64,000 nt of DNA, from positions 15,438,001 to 15,502,000 of the forward strand of contig OZ038379.1 in NCBI GenBank assembly GCA_964036045.1, in the 5' to 3' direction. The notes below the pieces were generated by a model that saw only the letters and a list, made by a program, of their open reading frames with translations, did no database searches and was not told the DNA's origin. Origin of the DNA: Eutreptiella sp. 'Long Island Sound 2002'. Its lineage: Eukaryota > Protista > Euglenida. Below are positions 23,643 to 36,245 of this stretch, piece by piece. The position numbers and the translations under genes are program-made. Numbering within the stretch: position 1 is the first letter of the stretch; each line of letters begins with the position of its first letter.

Positions 23643-23960
23643 CTGATCGCCACATTCTGCAGCAGCGCCCGCAACCCGGAACATGTCGTAGCAGCACACA
23701 GCGACCGCCTGCGCCAAGTTCAAGACCGGATAGGCCGGCGACGAGGGCACACAGAGGAAGCGCTGCGCTGTGCTCAGCTCCACGTTCGTGAGGCCGCGAT
23801 TCTCTGCGCCGAAGATCAGCGCCGCGGGGGCACCCGGGTCCCCGACGAGCCACGGCAGGGCCTCCGAGGGGCCCTGGAGGTCAGGGGTCGCCGATGTGCA
23901 CTTGTGCGTTGTGGCCACGACCCGCTTGCAGTCCTGCACGGCCTCAGAGAGGGTGCACAC
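23643..23960 (-). CDS. trmJ: TrmJ/LasT-type tRNA methyltransferase, exon 2 (SPOUT knot motifs)
   Basis: cattgcag|GTG...GATCAG|GTGCAC, 318 nt, phase 0. AALIFGAENRGLTNVEL and YPVLNLAQAVAVCCY are SPOUT SAM-binding motifs. Confidence 0.93.
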
Positions 23961-24509
23961 CTGCAATGCCCATGTGCCGGGGGCTGTTATGGTGGAGCGG
24001 ATCATGCGGAGGGAAACAGGGCTCACCCAGTTGCCCCGAGGCTGGGGCTGGGACCGGGTAAGAGCTGGGGCGGAGGCAGGGCCAGTGGCTGGGGCCACAG
24101 GCGAAGCGGGTGCACCCGGTGCTGAGGACAGTCCGGGGGAAGGGGATGGGCGAAGGAATCACATGGCATGTGCATGGACCAGGCCTGCACTGTGCCGGTT
24201 TGCGGGAGCGCCCAACCTCCGATGGATTGCCTTCGCCTTCTCGCGCAGTGCACACCGAATGGCTGGCCCCGCTTTACACGCCACCATTGGTGAATGCCGC
24301 TGCGGTGGCATTGAAGGGCTTCAGGCCCCGGGCTCCAGGGCAGGCCCTACTCAACATGTGGCAGGTTGTGCACTCCTGCTTTGGAGAGGGGCACTCGGGA
24401 AGGGCTGCTAAACTAAAAGGTGCCCCAGGAGCGTGGGGAGGGCCAATCTCGTAGCCTCCTTCGGGCCATAGGAAAGAACATGACTTGTGGCTCCAAATAC
24501 ACGGGCGTA

Positions 24510-25012
24510 CCCCCCCCCCCCTTGTCGTTCCCCACCCCAGGGAAGACGGTCCCCCACCACCCCCTGGGGGATGGTCACCAAGTGACGGTCCCCCACCCCC
24601 CCCCCTGGGGGACCACACCTCCACCGTACACGCACATTTGCAGGGACAAAAATTGCAGCATAAAACGAAAGAAGTCAGCATAGGATGCGTTCAAAGGGCT
24701 GCCAATGTACGGAGACCTACTCCTTGACCAGCTCGGTGTAAAATTTCTTGGTCCTGCTCCGCTTCACCTTGAACTCTTGCACATGCTCACCACTTTCCAC
24801 TGGAATGCTTTGGGCAGCACTCTTGGGTGGTGGTTTTGCCTTCCTGTCCTGCCATGAGTGCAAGGGATGCAAGTGGTAGTGCCCCACAACACAGTCACCC
24901 ACACAACAACACAATGAGCCGCAACGAAAAATTTGGGGTTGACCAAGTGACGGTCCCCCAGCCCCCCCCGGGGAACGACAAGGGGTGGGGAGCGACAAAG
25001 GGGGGGGGGGGG
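24510..25012. mobile_element. 503-bp MITE-like element with TA target-site duplication
   Basis: TA|(C)nTTGTCGTTCCCCA ... GGGGAGCGACAAA(G)n|TA. TA at 24508-24509 and 25013-25014. Confidence 0.7.
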
Positions 25013-26529
25013 TATCAGGGCTACACCCCACAAAAGAGCATGGATTGCGGCCAAATATCTGCTTTCGCATCCGGGCCCATCCGGGAATTTCATTGGTCCC
25101 CAAGGTAATTGATTGGTCCCCTTCACGAATGTCGTGGATCCCCCCCTATGAATTTCATTGGTCTGCTAAATGGATTTCATTGGTCCCCCGCCACTTTGAA
25201 GGAGATGTCTGAATTCTCTCAATGGGCGCACCAGTTCGGTCGGAGGGGGCCTTTCTGAGATAGGTCAGGTATGCAGGCCTCAGAAGTAATTGGACAACGT
25301 GGCCAGGAATGCACCACGCAATATACCCAGAATGTACCCAGGACCAGGAAAACCGGGACACATGAGGGGGGGGGGGGGGGGAGCTGGTGGGAACTGGGAA
25401 AATGGGATAGAGAAAACCCGATGAAATGGGGGGCACTTCTGATACTTCTGATACTCCGTTGGGATGATGCCACGTGGCGTGCCCTCAGGCCTCAGGTACT
25501 CTCCTGCTCGACCACCTTCGTCAAAGAACCCGCGGTGAGCCCCATCCGCAACGCCCACGCCACGGGCGCACCGCTCCTGCGCGGGCTGGTGGCCTCGAGG
25601 TCTGTGCCTGTCCCTTCGTGGTGGATGGGTGCGTGTGTATGTCGGTGTGCGGAATCGCACGGATGTTTGGGCGGCTTTCGGTATGTGGGGGCACCCTCCG
25701 TCCGTGGGGGGGGTAAGAGGTGCATCTGCAGCGGGGGTTGAGGGTGGGTGGGTGCAACTTCCCCCACAGGCAAATGACTCTCTTGCCTCCGGCGAAGTTG
25801 AACACGAGGGGTCATGAGGGTGTAGTGCACCCGCCTTGGAGCACTTTTTCCCGACCCCCAACCCCACGCTTTTCCCCGGCAGCCCAGGGCACGCCTCTGC
25901 CATCGTTTTGGCGCACGGTGTGCAAACCGATTCCGGTGGGAACCTCCAGCGCATATGAGAGCAGAAGCAATGTTCGGGGCATCGTGGAAATACGACTGCA
26001 TCCCTTCACGTCCCTCACCAGCACCAGGGCTCAGCTGCAGCCGGGGGGCTGGCGGATGGCTGCGAGCGGGGGAGGGGGCTGGTGTGCCTTCCCTGTGCCC
26101 CGCGCCCCTATGTGACGACTTGGCGGGGCTGGTCTTCCTTGTGCTCCACCTCTTCGTCAGGCGCTTCTGAGGGGGGGGGGGGGGGTGGCAGCGGTTCGTA
26201 GTCTTGCTCCTTCACAGGGGGCGGCATGATCGAAGTCCGACCGAACCGGAGGGGGTACTCTCGCCGGTCCGTGTCCGCAAATGGTCCCCACATTCCTTTC
26301 CTTTGCTTCTGACGTGGGAGAGGACGTGGATGCAGTGCCTTTCTCCTCCGCAGGCAGGAACTGGGTCCTTATGTGCACTGGCTGATCGGTCCCTATGATC
26401 ATGTCCACTTATGTGGTCTCACCTTCGAGCTTTGCCCGACCCCCATGTGGGTGTGGAGCTGAGCTTCTCTGGAGCTGACACAGGCCTGTGGCAACAGGAA
26501 CACACCCCAACAAAGCGCCAGGCAAGTAC

Positions 26530-26724
26530 CTGCCGTGCATTTTGCAGCACATCAAGGGCATGGCAGCTCATTTTCTCTGCTTCATCACCCAAAATGTCGC
26601 ACTGGCTGTTGACCACGCACAACTGCAAGATGCCAAAATTCTTCATGACGCGGGCTATCATCCCCACGTTCCATGGCCCTTGGGGCTCCACCAGTACAAT
26701 GCGGACATGCCCCAGGCCCTCCAT
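26530..26724 (-). CDS. trmJ: TrmJ/LasT-type tRNA methyltransferase, exon 1
   Basis: MEGLGHVRIVLVEPQGPWNVGMIARVMKNFG is SpoU motif 1. Donor CAG|GTACTT. The phase-0 join gives QNARQ|VCTLSEAV. Confidence 0.93.
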
Positions 26725-27199
26725 CGGACATCAACATGCACCCTGTCGACGGGACATCTGCAGAAGCAAGTGGTATGCCAGTTCGATGGTTCATTCATTT
26801 GCTGATGTATCAATGTGGCTGCAGGGCACACGGGCGGTTTTTTGCGATCAAATACAGTGTTTGTTGAGTCCATAGGGACACGGGGAATGCACATCATGGC
26901 AAGGCTACACTGAAAATGAGCAGTGAGGTGGCATGGTCCCATCACCTAAATACAGAATTACTGCCTTGTTGAATGGTCTTGCCCTCCAAAAATTAACATA
27001 GGACATCAATAGCCCTACCAAAATTGTCCAATTTGCCATTTTCTGCCTAGTTCGATGATCTTTTCGGCAAAATTCAGGAGAGTGCCACTGCACCTTTCCC
27101 CTCCCTTGGGGTCCAACGAGTGATTAAACTGGTAGCTTCATGTAGGCCTCACCCAGGCGCTGCCTTTGGAGGCTAAGCATCAAGGGTGATACACAGGCA

Positions 27200-28350
27200 A
27201 ATCGGGTGCAACCTGGGCTCCGGGTCCAGATATCCTGGCTCATCTGTCACCAAGCTGGTAAGGATGACCATGTTGGGCCACCATGGAGTACAAACCCGGT
27301 CCATCTAGGGAGCCTGATAGGGGACCACAAACACGCCAAGCGCCAAGTAGAGGCTTTTAACTCACATTGTGCTACACTCGATATTGTATTGTTGATTGTC
27401 GTTAAATGTTGTTTGTGAATCTCGTTACAATCTTGAACCAGCCACCGGCACAATCCCAATCGCACATCTGGAATTTCCATTGTCGCCATCTGCGTGATTG
27501 TAGCCACTTGGCAATCGCAATTGAACTTGAGGGGAAATGGAGTCTCAAGGATCGCAAAAAGAGGTAAGACGGGCCATGTGTCACTGTTCTATTTTGTTGT
27601 TGTGTATAAATGTGTAAATTCCAAAATATTTGAATGTCACCATTTGATGTTCCACAATGTCTCTAAATGTTGTCGATCACCATTGCACTTAAAACCAATA
27701 TTTTCAACAACTCGTCCATGTTTGTTGATTTCAAGAAGGAGCCTATGGAACAAAAATAGCAAACCACATTTCACCTGACCCCTGTCCAATTCAGATTCAT
27801 AATCGATCGAATGTACCACGAAACGAAGTCCCACCAAACCACTTCAACATCGGTTACGTTTATCACAGGGCTACCTTTCCTCAAGACATCAGAAAAACCA
27901 ATTTGGGCACCCTACAGTTGCATAATCAAGAGCCATTGATTCCATCTGGCGTGATTGCTAACCTGTTAATCCTTTTGAAGATGAATCAATTGATCAATCA
28001 ATCCTCAATTCGATTCAAACTGGACGTCCGGGGCGAACAATTGCAACACCGGCCTTGGCCAAGTTCTTGCACTGCATGTGCACTGCGTGCATACTGCGCA
28101 TGTAGAGGCCAGGATACTCACCCAAGAATACCTGTCACCTGTCTGGTAGCAAATAAGATGAAGGGGAGGGCGGTGGTGATTCTGAGCGTGAACACGACAC
28201 ACTTGTTGATGGCGAGCGAGGACAGTGATGTGGTGGGGATGAAGGCCGTACCACAAACTCCTCAAGGTCCGCGGAGATTGACATGTGTATTCTATGAACA
28301 AAGTGCAAAATACAGTAGTTCCGCAGCAGACACCCTGGAGTTGTATGACC
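27200..28350 (-). mobile_element. Highly decayed non-LTR RT-like relic
   Basis: Fragments LRKGSPV (QGxPLS-like), KHGRVVENIGFKCN and VTFKYFGIY (FKYLG-like) occur in collinear order but in different frames. Confidence 0.35.
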
Positions 28351-31300
28351 ACATACTAGGCTCAGGGTGCCCGTTTGACATTTGGCAACAAACATGGGAG
28401 AGGCATGAACGCAAGGAAGGGGGCTGAGTTACAACCGTAACACCGACCGTAGGAAAGATTGGCCCGGTTTGCTCAATAGCACCGAAAGGTTGAGTCGAAG
28501 ACAAAGGACAATCAGTGGGGAGAGTTCAATATGGGGGATGGAAAATGGGTAAAAGTGGTTGAAAATGGGCAAAAAGGGTGACAATTCAAATGTGCCACAT
28601 CCCAAATGCATAGGAAGCTAAAAAAAACCCAGTATGGAACCAAAAACTTGTCAAAAGGGGCCAAAAGTAGGGTCCGAGTATTTGCCGACATCCAAAACTT
28701 CGCACTGCGTGCGCACTGTGTGCATGGCATTCCCCTTGTACTAGCAAATTCAGGTGGCTGTTGGTGACCTCCAATCAGGCACCCTTGTGAGGTCAGAACC
28801 GGCCCCTCAGTACTTGGTGCAACGTCATAAGGCTTTCAGCCAGGTTAGTACCTGCTGTGCATAGCTGACTTGCTTTGTGCTCCGATGTCTGGTGGCCTGG
28901 GCACTTCTGTACAACAGCATGCTAGGAGGGTTACTTCGCAATGGTGTTTGCCCGGCGCGCTAACGCTCCCCCAAGGATAGCACTGAGGATACTGCACAGG
29001 GCAGGTGTACAGGGCACCGTGCAAACATGGAGCGTGGCATTTCAAACAACCAAGCCAGAGGCCTGCCTTCACAATGTGCAGATAATCATTCCATCAGAAC
29101 AACACAGTGTAATGAACTGCATATGCACAGACACAGCATTTACAGGTGAGCAGGGTAATGGGGAAGCTGGCAGAAGGTGAGAGAAGGGCTGAGAAAATGG
29201 GCCACAGGGTGGAGGGTGAGCGGTCATTCTGCAACTACGTTCTTCTGTCGACCCTGGCCAAAGTCGGGGAAAACAAAAGTCTGAGGGTCCCGCGCCAGGA
29301 AAGGGTGGTGGTTACGCATGACCCACAGTCAACCATTTTATGGCCCGTTTGGGCCCATTATTGCAGCATTTGCTGAAAACCATGTCAAAACAAATAGTAG
29401 CTGACCTCCAGCCCAGGGCCATCTCGAGGTCACACAGCAACACAGGGTGCACCTGATCCCAATTTGGCACCAGCCGAGACATACCTCCCTCCCCCACCAC
29501 AGTGACATGTCTGTGAGCCGTTTGTAGTGGGAATGAGGGGCTGGGCCACACCTGTAAATTATTGCTTGAGCTAAAACCAACATAACACGGGGCACTGCGA
29601 CCCACGCACAAACAGTACAGGACGGCAGCCACAGAGGACAACTAAAACGATGCACCAAAATGCACAAAACATTGTCATCATTCTCCTCCGGAGGCATCCT
29701 CATCTACCAACAACCCATGCCACCGGTTTATACTCAGAGCACAGTGAGGCTTGAAAATAGGGTCCCTGCCTTCCGGCAGTACAAAAACTTTGCGCTGCGT
29801 GCAGAGGCGTCCCCACACAGTACGAGCGTTCCCTTGCACACTTCCACAGGGGTTAGATCCCACCATCCACCATATCGCACCACTGCACGTGCACTCTGAC
29901 GAGCGCCACACCCAACGGCATGCTGGTTTGTGACAAAGCGTTCATAGGAGCTGCAAGTACGCTGCACTAAAGCCCACGAGGAAGTGGAAGTGCAGGGCCT
30001 CGGGCACGATAGAACGCAGTGTGGCACAAGCCTGTTACAGTTCTTTTGTGTAAGAGGGTCTGCCTTGGAAACGGCTGGGTTACCCTGCGGCCCTGTCCCC
30101 AGTCCAGCTACAGGGATCAGCAGAGGGACCACATGCCCATGTTCTTTGAGCCACTCCGAGCCCCTAGATGGGGGCCCAACCCATGGATATTCCGCCCACC
30201 CAGAATGAAATGCCCCTTTAACATGCTGTGGTGCCCCCTGTGCTGGGCTTCACACGGCAGCGGCCCCGCCCAGCCAGACCGAAGCCCCACCAGACGCCTG
30301 GTAAGGACAGATCATCAGTAGACTGCCGCATGCATGGGGCAGGAAGCAAGAGAGACCTCGGTACACTGTGCACACTGAGACAACAGCATTCGGGGGGGGG
30401 GTATTTTGGCACCTGGCCAGCGTGGCTGACCCACCCATTCACCCACCCAGACATGGGAAGGGGGGGGGGGGTCCTACTCACGTCAACCTGGGCCAAAAGC
30501 AAAGGCATACCCATGAAACCCTTAACTCATGTTGGCTGTAGTTCCGGGGAAGGACGCCACGCCATTCGGGGCCATTGGTAGTCCCCTGTACCCCAATATG
30601 AGGGGTAGTCAAAGGTCATCAATTACCTCATTCGGAGTGCTGCCCGGGAGAAGATGAAGACGAAGCCTCACTGTCCCTGCGGACGTGTGGCATCCTCTGC
30701 AAGAACTGCGGCATACGAGGGAAAGGACGTTGCACACACCCACGTCCACCACATTTCACCACCAGCCACCAAACCCAACCCGTAAGCCCCATGAAATGTC
30801 CACACCCTCGTCCCATCTGCCTCAAATTTCGTCCTGTGTGCCCCAATATTCACCTTGCTTGGATGTCGCACTTCGTGCTACAACCTCTGAGCAAAACAAT
30901 TTGGGTTGTAAACAGCACCATCTCACCAGGTAGAAAGTCGTTGCGGAGGGTGATCGTTGCACAAACTGGGGAGTACGCCACAAGGACATTCGGGAAGACC
31001 GGCATAAACCCCTGGTACAACCACAAGCACCATTTTCAAGTCAAGGCAGAGATGTCAGGCCGGCAGGCAAACAGCTGTGGACAGAACCTCTGGAAGACTG
31101 AGCTTGCTTAATCGTCAACCGCAGCCGTCAACTTTGTGGGGGAGGAAGGGGAACTAAACACCAGATCCATTGCACAGTGCACGTTTCCTCTGAGCCCCTC
31201 ATGCCCGGCAGCAGGAGACCACTGGGTTGCCAGCCGCTTGACGCAAAATGGTCACCCAATGTGAGCCGTGTCAGTGAGACATAGCCAAAGGTGTGTCGCA

Positions 31301-33514
31301 GCCGAAAGACTCAAAGATTGCACCCTGTCTGACACCAATGCAGCCGGACAGTCTGCCACACCCTGAAAGTCTTGCCCTTGAATGGAATGAAGGGTTTGTA
31401 CCACATGGCATGTTCCGCATGACCAGAGGAGCGGTGTTCGGATGTCGATACAAGGAGAGCACACGAGCCTCGCATTTCCCGGTGCACATCAGAAACCGTC
31501 AATCAACAGATGTTGGCGCCACGTGACCGCCAACCCGCCGTCAGTTTGACACTAAGCGCTGTTGGTTGGGGGTTCTGAGGGCATTCCCAAGGAGGCATCT
31601 TACTCTGAAAACGGGCGTCAAATACAAACAGACTGGGTCCGACGGAGCTCGTGCGTAACTAACGCACAACTGGACGCCTTGGCGCGGCAGCCGCAACCAC
31701 GTGCCAACGGTTAGACTGGGGTACAGCACATGGACTGCCAAATGGAAGCTGCGAACAGGAGTTGGGGCAGGGCAACTGCCAAACCGTTAACGACGGTCTG
31801 CCCCTGACCGGTGTGCGTGCCCTGCACGAGCCATGTGTGCACGAGACACCAAAGGAGACGCTCTTCGTTGAAATTGGGTCTGATCCCAATTCGTAATCTT
31901 CTCGGTCCCGCCTCCGAATTTCGGTTAGGGAACGCCCCCCACGTGGCGTGATGGTGGCCCACTGAATCGCACCTGCTATTCCTCCGGTTGTCTCCCCCAC
32001 GGAGGGGCACCGCGCAATGCAGGGGGCGTTGGATGAGGAACAACACAAGAAACAGGTCAGAGGTCAGACGGATGGGCAATGGGCCTGGGGAAGGGCAAAA
32101 GGGGATGGCTAAACGAGGCAATGGCCATCATGACTGCAGCATTGATGAAGCAATGGGCAGATGCCGCACACATCCATGCGGCAGGCCCTCCTCAGCCATG
32201 CAGGCGCAACGGCAGGCTGCACGCCGGGCTACACAGCTGCGGTACATTGAACTCGGGGGGGAAACGCCCCCCCCCCCCACGCCCCCCCTTCCTTGGCCTG
32301 GCATCCGTGTGCCAGACTTGGGGCAGGGGCTCCTCCAGAGCTTTTAAAAAGCCCGTCCCCCGACTGTTGTGGTCTCCAGGGGCCAATTGACGGTGGTCTG
32401 CAGTTGACCCAACGGAGCTGCCCCAAGGGCTGTGTCGGTTGGGGGGGGGGGATCTTAAGGGCAACAAAGGACGCAAGGGCTCGTACCGGGCCGGCTTGAC
32501 CTGGGGCATGTTTGTTCCACCTGCAAACCCACGGAACTTCGCGTCAAATCACAACGTGTGCGCGCCGCTCTGGAACGGGAGGCAGTCAACAAGGTCTTTC
32601 TGGGGGCGCATCGGGGGTCCGACTGGGCACTTGAGAATCGCCAGGACACTTGGGCCCCCCTGTCCCATGACCACAGACGGGAAAGCGCCGTCTGCTGGGG
32701 TGCCCGTCTTTGGGCAAGCCCATGCATGCACCGCGTTTTGGGGGGGGGGGGGGGTTCGCAAAGGTATAAGCGGATACCAGTACCCGGCCAACAGCAACTC
32801 CATTGTCAAGCCAACGGGATACATGCCCGACTGGCAGAGAAACGGTGCGGACAGAACCTCCAGATGACTGAATTGCTTGAACAAAGACATTCCACGAGAG
32901 GGGGAGGGGGGGGAGTGCCATAAAGGCTGAGTGTGCGGGTTGGGGGTTCCGGGTGTGCGCACTGCGTTGGGGTTTCTGGGGGAGATTGTCGCTTGTCCCA
33001 AGTAAAAACCTGAGGTACTTTTAGTACGCGAGACCGGGACAGCCGTCCCCCTGCTCACAAGTGCTGTCTCCCCCCCCTTTGGCGTGCTTCCGCTGCGCAT
33101 GCCCACCACCACAAACGATGTGGGGAATGCACCGCAGGGGCCGGGGGGTTGCGGATCGACAAGTGCTACCCATCGGTGGTGCGCTGCATCTTCAGGCATT
33201 TTGTCTTTTGGGGCAAACTTTGGGCGGCTTGGCCCTGTGGTCCGTGGGCAGGGCCGCAACAAAGGGGGTGGGGGTATGGACAAACGCAGTGGCTGCCCCA
33301 AATCAAGAAGGGCCCTCTGTGTTGGATGTACTGAACACTACTACTGGATCCACTGATCACAGAGGTGCCCCCGTAGGACGAGGTACGTTTCCGGCTGCTC
33401 GGCATATGCCCTGGGACGATGCATGTACTGAGTCCAGCCATGGCTCGTGTATATGTACATCGGTGCAGTTCGAAGAAGGAGTGTGCTCTTGGAGAGCAGC
33501 CGCCGCGGGCGCGC

Positions 33515-34213
33515 TCACCAGCCCCTGCGCCGCGGCACCGTCCCCCCCAACGGGCTCTTCGCGGGCGCGGGTTCGTCCAGCACCCGCACCAGCGCCTCCG
33601 CCGGGGCGAGGCGGGCGTGCTTCGGCGCGGCCCTCTTCTCCGGGGCGCTGCCGGGGGGGCACGTGGGGGCGCCGGCGTCCGAGATCGTTCTCGGCGTCGG
33701 CGCCTTCGGCAGCACCGGGCCGGCGTCCTGCGCCAGGCCCTTCAGGAGCCGCGCCCGGTACCCGGACGGATTCACGTACTGAATGGTGTCCGCGAAGTTG
33801 TGCCCGTCCAGCTCCGCCGGGAGGGCGCGGATGGCCGGGCCGTCGCGGGTCTTCCGGCCCAGGCCGCTGCTGTCCAGCGTCGCGGAGGCCCCGTCGAGGC
33901 TGCGGGCGCTGAGGCTGCCCGAGAACGGGGCGGTGCTGCGCCGGCCCGGGACGGTGCTCGCAAACGTGTTCGATCGGACGGAGCTCGTGAACGTGTCGTT
34001 GGGGAGGGTCGTGTTGAGGCTGTCGGACGGGAAGGTCCGGTTCAGTTGGCTCGAGGCCGTCGCCGGCAGCGGGATCGTGGGGAGCGTGGCGCGCTGTCCC
34101 AAGCGCAAGTGCAGGGGCTCGCGACCGAACACGCGCGCGAAGGAGTCTTCGGGAGGAGCCCGGGCACCGAAGGTGGAGCCGCGAGCCCCCCCTCGATGGC
34201 CACCGTAACTCAT
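33515..34213 (-). CDS. Orphan Ser/Thr/Pro/Arg-rich protein (single exon, or one exon of a larger gene)
   Basis: 232-aa ORF with strong GC3 bias in a very GC-rich island. Acceptor ttctccgcag 13 nt before the ATG. Possible donor TG|GTGAGC at 33518 overlapping the stop. Confidence 0.75.
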   Translation of the reverse strand: MSYGGHRGGARGSTFGARAPPEDSFARVFGREPLHLRLGQRATLPTIPLPATASSQLNRTFPSDSLNTTLPNDTFTSSVRSNTFASTVPGRRSTAPFSGSLSARSLDGASATLDSSGLGRKTRDGPAIRALPAELDGHNFADTIQYVNPSGYRARLLKGLAQDAGPVLPKAPTPRTISDAGAPTCPPGSAPEKRAAPKHARLAPAEALVRVLDEPAPAKSPLGGTVPRRRGW

Positions 34214-36074
34214 GTCAGTGCCAGGCCTGCGGAGAACGGCGCGTGTTTCGATGGGCTGGGCGGGCCCATGGATGCTCCTGGCGTCCTACCACTGCCCTAC
34301 ACTGCCGCTTCGCTTGCACGGCGGAAACAGGGTCGGCCAACGCACTGTGCAGAGTACTGGAGCATGCAACACACACGACCAGACTCGCCTCCAGCGTCCG
34401 TCAAGCCAGACACAGTCGTGGGGGATGGGCCCTCCTGAGCCATGCACTGGATGCAGCAAGCTCTTACTGACTGTTGGGTGCGAGTGTGGCAGGGAGTACT
34501 CAGTGGCCCATGGTACAGAGCTGATTCCTAACGAGACCCGGATTCCTTGCCGAAGGCTAGTGGCATGTCTCCAGACTACACATGACGGCGGGCAAGAAAT
34601 TAAGAAGCACTGGAAATCATCCGCCTGGTGACTGGAGCCGACCACCGACGCCTGCTCATCTCTGGGGGTGAATCCCACGGGCAGCACGATTTTTACCCAA
34701 AAAACTTGGGGCCGGCCAGCGGTCAGCTCAATTTGTCGACACAACGGGAGAACATGGGCAACTCTGCGAACCTCATCATCATCTCCTGAAACCTCCACCG
34801 CTTTCAACTCCCCCGCTCGCCCCAATGTCACAAGACTGGGCCCTTCTCCTCTTCCTGGCGTCTTGTCGTAGACTAATTTGGAGGCTAATGATGACTGGTT
34901 GGAGCTACGTATCGGCAATTTGGTGCCAGGTGCCAGCAGTCACAGGCTGACCGACGGCGGTTGTGGGCCAACTGGTGGTGGTCAGGCTGGGAATCAAAAA
35001 AAACCCTCGTGTGCCCACCTAATACCGACTGGCCCACGGTCGCCAATGCCGCCCCCCTTGCACTACGTCTTGCATAGACTCTGCGCCAGTACCAGCCCCA
35101 CATTGCGCAAGCGCGGCCCAGGTGAGGAGATGCAACGGTCAGACGAGCATCCTTACGCACGACAAGCACGTGTCTTGCCACAGGCTGCACACTGAACGTG
35201 GGTACATCCCACTTCCGCAGTCAGGTTTGTGCAGAAATGGGTTGCCCTCCGAGCCACAAGTTTGTTGTGAGCAGAAACACAGTCGTAAATGCACATGCAT
35301 GACCCAGCCCATCTTCCCCGATGCCATGGAATGGGCTTACATGTGTGTCATCTTACCCCTTCTCCCCCTTGCACAAGCACAGCCACAAGCAGGCAAAATG
35401 TTGAACCTCTGGTGCTTCGCCATAATCTGACAATGGTCGTCACCCCCGGGGCATCAGACCCTCAACAAACTGCAAGCTGTTCATTGTACGGTGTCTGCGC
35501 TGTCTCCAGCAAGGCGCCAGAGACGCCTCCAAGAATCGTCCTCGCCTTTCCGACAGCCGCCCACATCCCTACCTTGCATGTTCGGCCTCCCTCCTCTGAC
35601 GACCGGTGACAATGACATCTGTACTGCTCCTATCCCTCCCGCCACTCCACTTGTATGCCTCTCCATGTACTGGTAAGGCGCCACAGGCGCCCCCACAATG
35701 CTGGTATGCCTGTGAGCAAGGCGCCGTTACTAGCCATCATGGGGGGCGCCCAGGTGAAGTCCTTGGCCCCGACACCCCTTAAACATTTTTTTGAGGGGGG
35801 GCTGGGACCAAAAATCTCCCCTTTCTTTGAACCACCACGGTGCCACCAGGCAATATTCACACCCACGGACCCCGTGCAGCCACCTCCCGGTCTACTCACA
35901 CCAAAAGCAACCTTGCCGATCATCTCATAATGATCTCCACTCATGTCATTTCTCATAAACCTTGCTATGAACAAAGTGGCAGGGACGCCGTGGTTAGCAT
36001 ACAACAACGGAGGAACTGTGGGACAATAAGAGTAAAGTAAAGTAAAGTATATGTATGTTGTAAATCAGAAGTGG

Positions 36075-36245
36075 CTACATAACCCCTGCCTTCTCGGGGG
36101 TCCCCAATAAGGGGATGAAATCAAAAGCGGCTGCATAACCCCTCATAACCCCTTCCTTTTCGGGGGTCCCCAACACAGGGACATAATCAAAAGTGACTGG
36201 ACAAAACCTGCCTTCTTGGGGGCCCGCGAAAATGCCCAAACAAAA
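36075..36245. repeat. Degenerate ~60-bp tandem repeat (ataacccctgccttctcgggggtcccc...atcaaaag)
   Basis: About three units visible. Confidence 0.7.

Noticed and set aside
26731-26733. Selenocysteine read-through of the TGA in C-*-C upstream of TrmJ
   Set aside because: No SECIS was recognised, and TrmJ homologues start at the downstream Met.
33419-34438. 339-aa and other plus-strand ORFs over the GC-rich island
   Set aside because: They are antisense shadows of the GC3-biased minus-strand ORF 33515-34213.
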